DNA from: Desulfocapsa sulfexigens DSM 10523
GTDB lineage: Bacteria; Desulfobacterota; Desulfobulbia; Desulfobulbales; Desulfocapsaceae
Assembly: GCF_000341395.1 (NCBI RefSeq)
Contig: NC_020304.1
Coordinates: 1,830,001-1,862,000, forward strand
Direction: 5' to 3'
Length of the DNA stretch: 32,000 bases
In this document: in pieces, positions 28,997-32,000 of the stretch
Position numbering within the stretch: the stretch's first letter is position 1
Layout of the letters: every line of letters begins with the position of its first letter
Program-made: the position numbers and the translations under genes
Notes under the pieces: generated by a model
The model's database searches: none
Told to the model about the DNA's origin: nothing
What the model saw: the letters and a program-made list of their open reading frames with translations, nothing else

Positions 28997-29509
28997 GTGA
29001 AGAGTAAGGGGATGGATATTTACCAAACTAAAATCTTTTCCAGACAATTGAGCAGATTGGAAAAATCTGATAAAAAAGGCGCCTCTGCCTCCAGGCAGGC
29101 CGGAAAAATTATAGCATCATTGCGCCACCGCAATGATGCCTTTCAAGAATTCAGATATAAACAGACCAAACATGGTGAACATCGTCTTGATAACGTAATA
29201 AAATATGATTTGGGAAGTGGCTATCGTCTGATTACCGTCTGGGAAGAAGAGTGTGTTCTTCTGGCATATGTCGGCAGCCATGATGATTGCCATATGTGGC
29301 TGGAAAATAACAAAAATACTTCGTTGGATAAGAGTTCATTCAGAATTTCCTGCACATTGATTCCGCCCTCTCCCCCCTGTAAAGATCAGACTAGTGAGAT
29401 TCCGTCAGCTCCAAGCACCAAAGAAGATCCATACGAAGAAGAGCTACTCCAGAGAATCGATGACAAGACATTACGCTCTATTTTTCGGGGACTGTGCCGA
29501 AACACATGA
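28997..29509 (+). CDS. RelE/ParE-superfamily-like protein with C-terminal extension
   Basis: IYQTKIFSRQLSRLEKS...FRYKQTKHGEHRLDNVIKYDLGSGYRLITVWEEECVLLAYVGSHDDCHMWL resembles the RelE-like toxin fold. Start may be the ATG at 29012. Confidence 0.6.
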   Translation: MKSKGMDIYQTKIFSRQLSRLEKSDKKGASASRQAGKIIASLRHRNDAFQEFRYKQTKHGEHRLDNVIKYDLGSGYRLITVWEEECVLLAYVGSHDDCHMWLENNKNTSLDKSSFRISCTLIPPSPPCKDQTSEIPSAPSTKEDPYEEELLQRIDDKTLRSIFRGLCRNT

Positions 29510-29792
29510 TTTGCTTTTTTTCTCTTTTTTTTACCATTCAGGGCAACTAAACAAAACAGAAACCCTTTATCGTGGGGGAGGGGTTCTGGGTTAGTTCCGG
29601 CTCCCATTTCAAGAGCATAGCAATAGTGCTCACACCTGTAATGCCCATACTTGTTTTCTTGCAGTAGTCTCCACTAATGGAACCCAGATATCTACGAAGG
29701 GTATGCACCTGCTATACGAATCAAGACAACATAAAAAAAAACTGATTACCACTAATCCTCAGCCTACCCGCATGAGGAGGAGTTGCTTCGTG

Positions 29793-29871
29793 TCGATTAT
29801 ATGGGCATCTGCGGCCTGGACGGCCGCAGCAGAGCCCCCAGGGATGGGTTTATGGCGTCCCATATAATCGA
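29793..29871. other. Long-stem structured element, candidate ncRNA or regulatory structure
   Basis: Perfect 13-bp inverted repeat TCGATTATATGGG (29793-29805) / CCCATATAATCGA (29859-29871), enclosing a GC-rich 8-bp hairpin CTGCGGCC-tggac-GGCCGCAG (29809-29829). Confidence 0.65.
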
Positions 29872-29965
29872 TACGGAACAGTTCCGGGTTTGCAAAGCTG
29901 AGTTTTGATGGTAATCAGGTTAAAAAATGTTTTTTTGGTAGAAGCTGCTATTCCAATAGCTAATA

Positions 29966-30805
29966 TCAATATCTGGTATTTAGAGGTTCGACCTCATTGA
30001 GAGAGCTTGGCACGCCGCTATCCTCCTCAGATTTAAACTGAGCCCAGTCTGGTAATAGCGTTTTTTTGAACCATGATGAAAGATTGAATCCTGGTGGATC
30101 ACCAGCCTCAAGGCGTTTTAACAGTTTTGTGGCTTTAGGTGTAATTGTCGCGTCCGGATAGGTGTTGATAAGATATTGTAGCCGCGTTTGAGCCTCTTTA
30201 TATTTTTCAGTTCTGAGATAAAATTCAACGACAAAATATTCATGGTTAACCAGGAATTCATTTGCGGCCCTGATCCTGGCTCTGGCTTCGTTTCTATAGG
30301 GGGAGTCAGGGAAGGCGCGAAGAAGTTTTGAGAATTCCCTGATGGCATTTTCTGCGCCATTTGTATCACGATCGATACGGTCTATCTGCTGGTAATGAGA
30401 CATGGCGATCTGATACATTACATAGGGAATTGCCTCATTGGTCGGGTGACGCTCTTCAAATTCATGATAGAGCATGAGCGCTTCCTGATAATTTTCCATG
30501 TAGTAGTTGCAGTCGGCACCTTTTAACTGGGCAAGCATGGCCTCAGGGCTAAATGGGTAGTAGTCCAGAATTTCATCAAATATTTTTCGTGCCTTGTAAT
30601 AGCGTCCGTTTGAGAATTCCTCCATCCCCTCTCCAGCCAGAGTCTGTGCTGAGAGTCGAACATCTTTTTCTTTGCCATCGCCTCCAAAGAGTCCACTGAT
30701 CTGGGCACACCCTCCAAGAGAAAGGAGCAGTGTGCTGATAAAAACAATATTCAGCGTGAATCGGACAAACGATAATGGGCGGATAAGTGGGCTGACACAG
30801 GGCAT
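29966..30805 (-). CDS. bamD: Outer membrane protein assembly factor BamD
   Basis: Lipoprotein signal (SFVRFTLNIVFISTLLLSLGGC), YYKARKIFDEILDYYPFSPEAMLAQLKGADCNYYMENYQEALMLYHEFEERHPTN and NPLNTRY C-terminus. Start adjusted to MPCVSPLIRP (30805), since the track start overlaps trxB. Confidence 0.85.
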   Translation of the reverse strand: MPCVSPLIRPLSFVRFTLNIVFISTLLLSLGGCAQISGLFGGDGKEKDVRLSAQTLAGEGMEEFSNGRYYKARKIFDEILDYYPFSPEAMLAQLKGADCNYYMENYQEALMLYHEFEERHPTNEAIPYVMYQIAMSHYQQIDRIDRDTNGAENAIREFSKLLRAFPDSPYRNEARARIRAANEFLVNHEYFVVEFYLRTEKYKEAQTRLQYLINTYPDATITPKATKLLKRLEAGDPPGFNLSSWFKKTLLPDWAQFKSEEDSGVPSSLNEVEPLNTRY

Positions 30806-30818
30806 AATATAATTAAGC

Positions 30819-31763
30819 TCAGCTGAGATTGGTGAGATAGTGTTCGGCGGCAAGTACTGCAGTAGCACCTTCGCCTGCGGCATTGATTACCTGTCGTACT
30901 TCCTTACTGCGAATATCCCCGGCGGCCATGACACCAACTACACTAGTCCGGGTTTCAAGATCCGTTGGGATAAACCCACCGGCATCGGCTTTTAAAACAT
31001 CCAATGGTAACATTTCATTGTTGGGTAACACACCAATAAGAACGAAGACGCCATCAACCTTTACTGTCGATTCTTTTCCGGAATTGTCAAGGAGATGGAG
31101 TTCTTCGACACCTTCAGTTCCGGAAACTCTTGTCACGGTACTGTTCCAGATAAAATTAATCTTCGGATTGTCAAAGGCTTTTTCCTGAAGAATTTTTGTG
31201 GCTCGCAGTTTATCTCGTCGATGGATGAGGGTTACTTTTTTGGCAAATTTAGTGAGATGTGATGCCTCCTGAACGGCGGTGTTTCCACCTCCAATCACGG
31301 CCACGTGCATATTGCGGTAGAAAGGGCCATCACAAGTGGCACAGTAGGAAACGCCTTTCCCGATAAATTCTTTTTCCCCAGGAATGCCGAGAGGACGAGG
31401 ATGAGCACCGGTGCATATGATCAACGTGTCACAGCTTAGCGAAGAACCATCTTCAAGGGCAAGGCGCTTGACTGGTTCAGTGAGATCCATGGAGACTACA
31501 TTGGCGAAAATGGAGTTCAGGTCAAAGCGTTTTGCGTGGACTGTCATTTTCTCTGCCAGATCAAATCCTGAAATACCATCCGGGAAGCCGGGATAATTGT
31601 CGATCCAGTCAGTGAGAAGAATCTGCCCGCCCTCAGCACCTTTCTCAATGAGCAGATGATCCATTCTGGCTCGTGCTGCATAGAGTCCTGCAGTCAGCCC
31701 GGCCGGACCGGCGCCTAAAATGATCAAATTATAATGCGTTTTAGCCATGGAATTCAAAGACAT
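30819..31763 (-). CDS. trxB: Thioredoxin reductase
   Basis: LIILGAGPAGLTAGLYAARA, GKGVSYCATCDGPFY, VIGGGNTAVQEA, GVMAAGDIRSKEVRQVINAAGEGATAV. Confidence 0.97.
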   Translation of the reverse strand: MSLNSMAKTHYNLIILGAGPAGLTAGLYAARARMDHLLIEKGAEGGQILLTDWIDNYPGFPDGISGFDLAEKMTVHAKRFDLNSIFANVVSMDLTEPVKRLALEDGSSLSCDTLIICTGAHPRPLGIPGEKEFIGKGVSYCATCDGPFYRNMHVAVIGGGNTAVQEASHLTKFAKKVTLIHRRDKLRATKILQEKAFDNPKINFIWNSTVTRVSGTEGVEELHLLDNSGKESTVKVDGVFVLIGVLPNNEMLPLDVLKADAGGFIPTDLETRTSVVGVMAAGDIRSKEVRQVINAAGEGATAVLAAEHYLTNLS

Positions 31764-31821
31764 TCTGGTAAAAAAGCTGGACAGGCTTCATGCAAAAGAA
31801 CCAGCAGAAAGCCTGTGTTAT

Positions 31822-32000
31822 TTATAAGGCTTTTTCGATAAGCTCAATGAGTTGGGCTTTGCCGACGGCACCAGTTACCTGGTCAACTTTTTCGCCACTC
31901 TTAAAAAGAATTAGAGTTGGAATGGCACGGATTCCAAATTTGCCAGGGGTTTCGGGATTGTCATCAACATTCATTTTCACGATAGTTACCTTTCCCTCAT
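31822..32000 (-). CDS. trxA: Thioredoxin, C-terminal part (truncated by window edge)
   Basis: Minus-strand translation EGKVTIVKMNVDDNPETPGKFGIRAIPTLILFKSGEKVDQVTGAVGKAQLIELIEKAL*, typical thioredoxin with the cis-Pro AIPT motif; directly upstream of trxB on the same strand. Confidence 0.92.
   Translation of the reverse strand, partial: EGKVTIVKMNVDDNPETPGKFGIRAIPTLILFKSGEKVDQVTGAVGKAQLIELIEKAL

Noticed and set aside
29386-29607. 73-aa minus-strand ORF (MGAGTNPEPLPHDKGF...)
   Set aside because: Overlaps the RelE-like gene antisense and crosses its A/T-rich 3' end; no domain or RBS support.
1-32000. CRISPR arrays, tRNA/rRNA genes, transposases or prophage genes
   Set aside because: No regularly spaced direct repeats, no tRNA-like or rRNA segments and no transposase/integrase/phage protein signatures were recognised in either strand.

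Overview
The window is a chromosomal segment from an anaerobic sulfate/sulfite-metabolising bacterium, probably Desulfobacterota (Desulfobulbales-like; lineage inferred from gene content). From left to right: 3' part of pgi; dsrA-dsrB-dsrD; birA; ahcY and metK (minus strand); kdsD; a CooT-like small protein plus a His-tailed small protein; an 820-aa minus-strand protein with an N-terminal ubiquitin-conjugating (E2/UBC)-like domain, a transmembrane helix and a TPR-like C-terminus; a cNMP-binding/DUF4388-like protein; an HAD hydrolase, YkgJ-like protein and fused secDF cluster; larB; a two-gene APH-like/P-loop kinase pair; a NIL-ferredoxin; a DUF188 protein; an RluA-type pseudouridine synthase; a VF530-like protein; a very large multidomain formate-dehydrogenase-like selenoprotein; a divergent ModE-like HTH protein; a double-cubane-cluster protein with its activator ATPase; a RelE-like orphan; bamD; trxB; and the 3' end of trxA. 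The most notable observations are: (1) a solitary bacterial E2-like domain with an apparent catalytic Cys, tethered to a membrane TPR protein and with no E1, DUB or ubiquitin-like gene in the window; (2) the FdhA-like gene, which the ORF track splits at an in-frame UGA, is followed by a SECIS-like hairpin whose bulged U17 and loop G23/U24 match E. coli fdhF register; (3) a long unexplained structured element at 29.79-29.87 kb; and (4) a terminator-ended intergenic region and a perfect 13-bp inverted repeat upstream of the double-cubane-cluster gene. No CRISPR array, rRNA, tRNA or recognisable transposon was seen.
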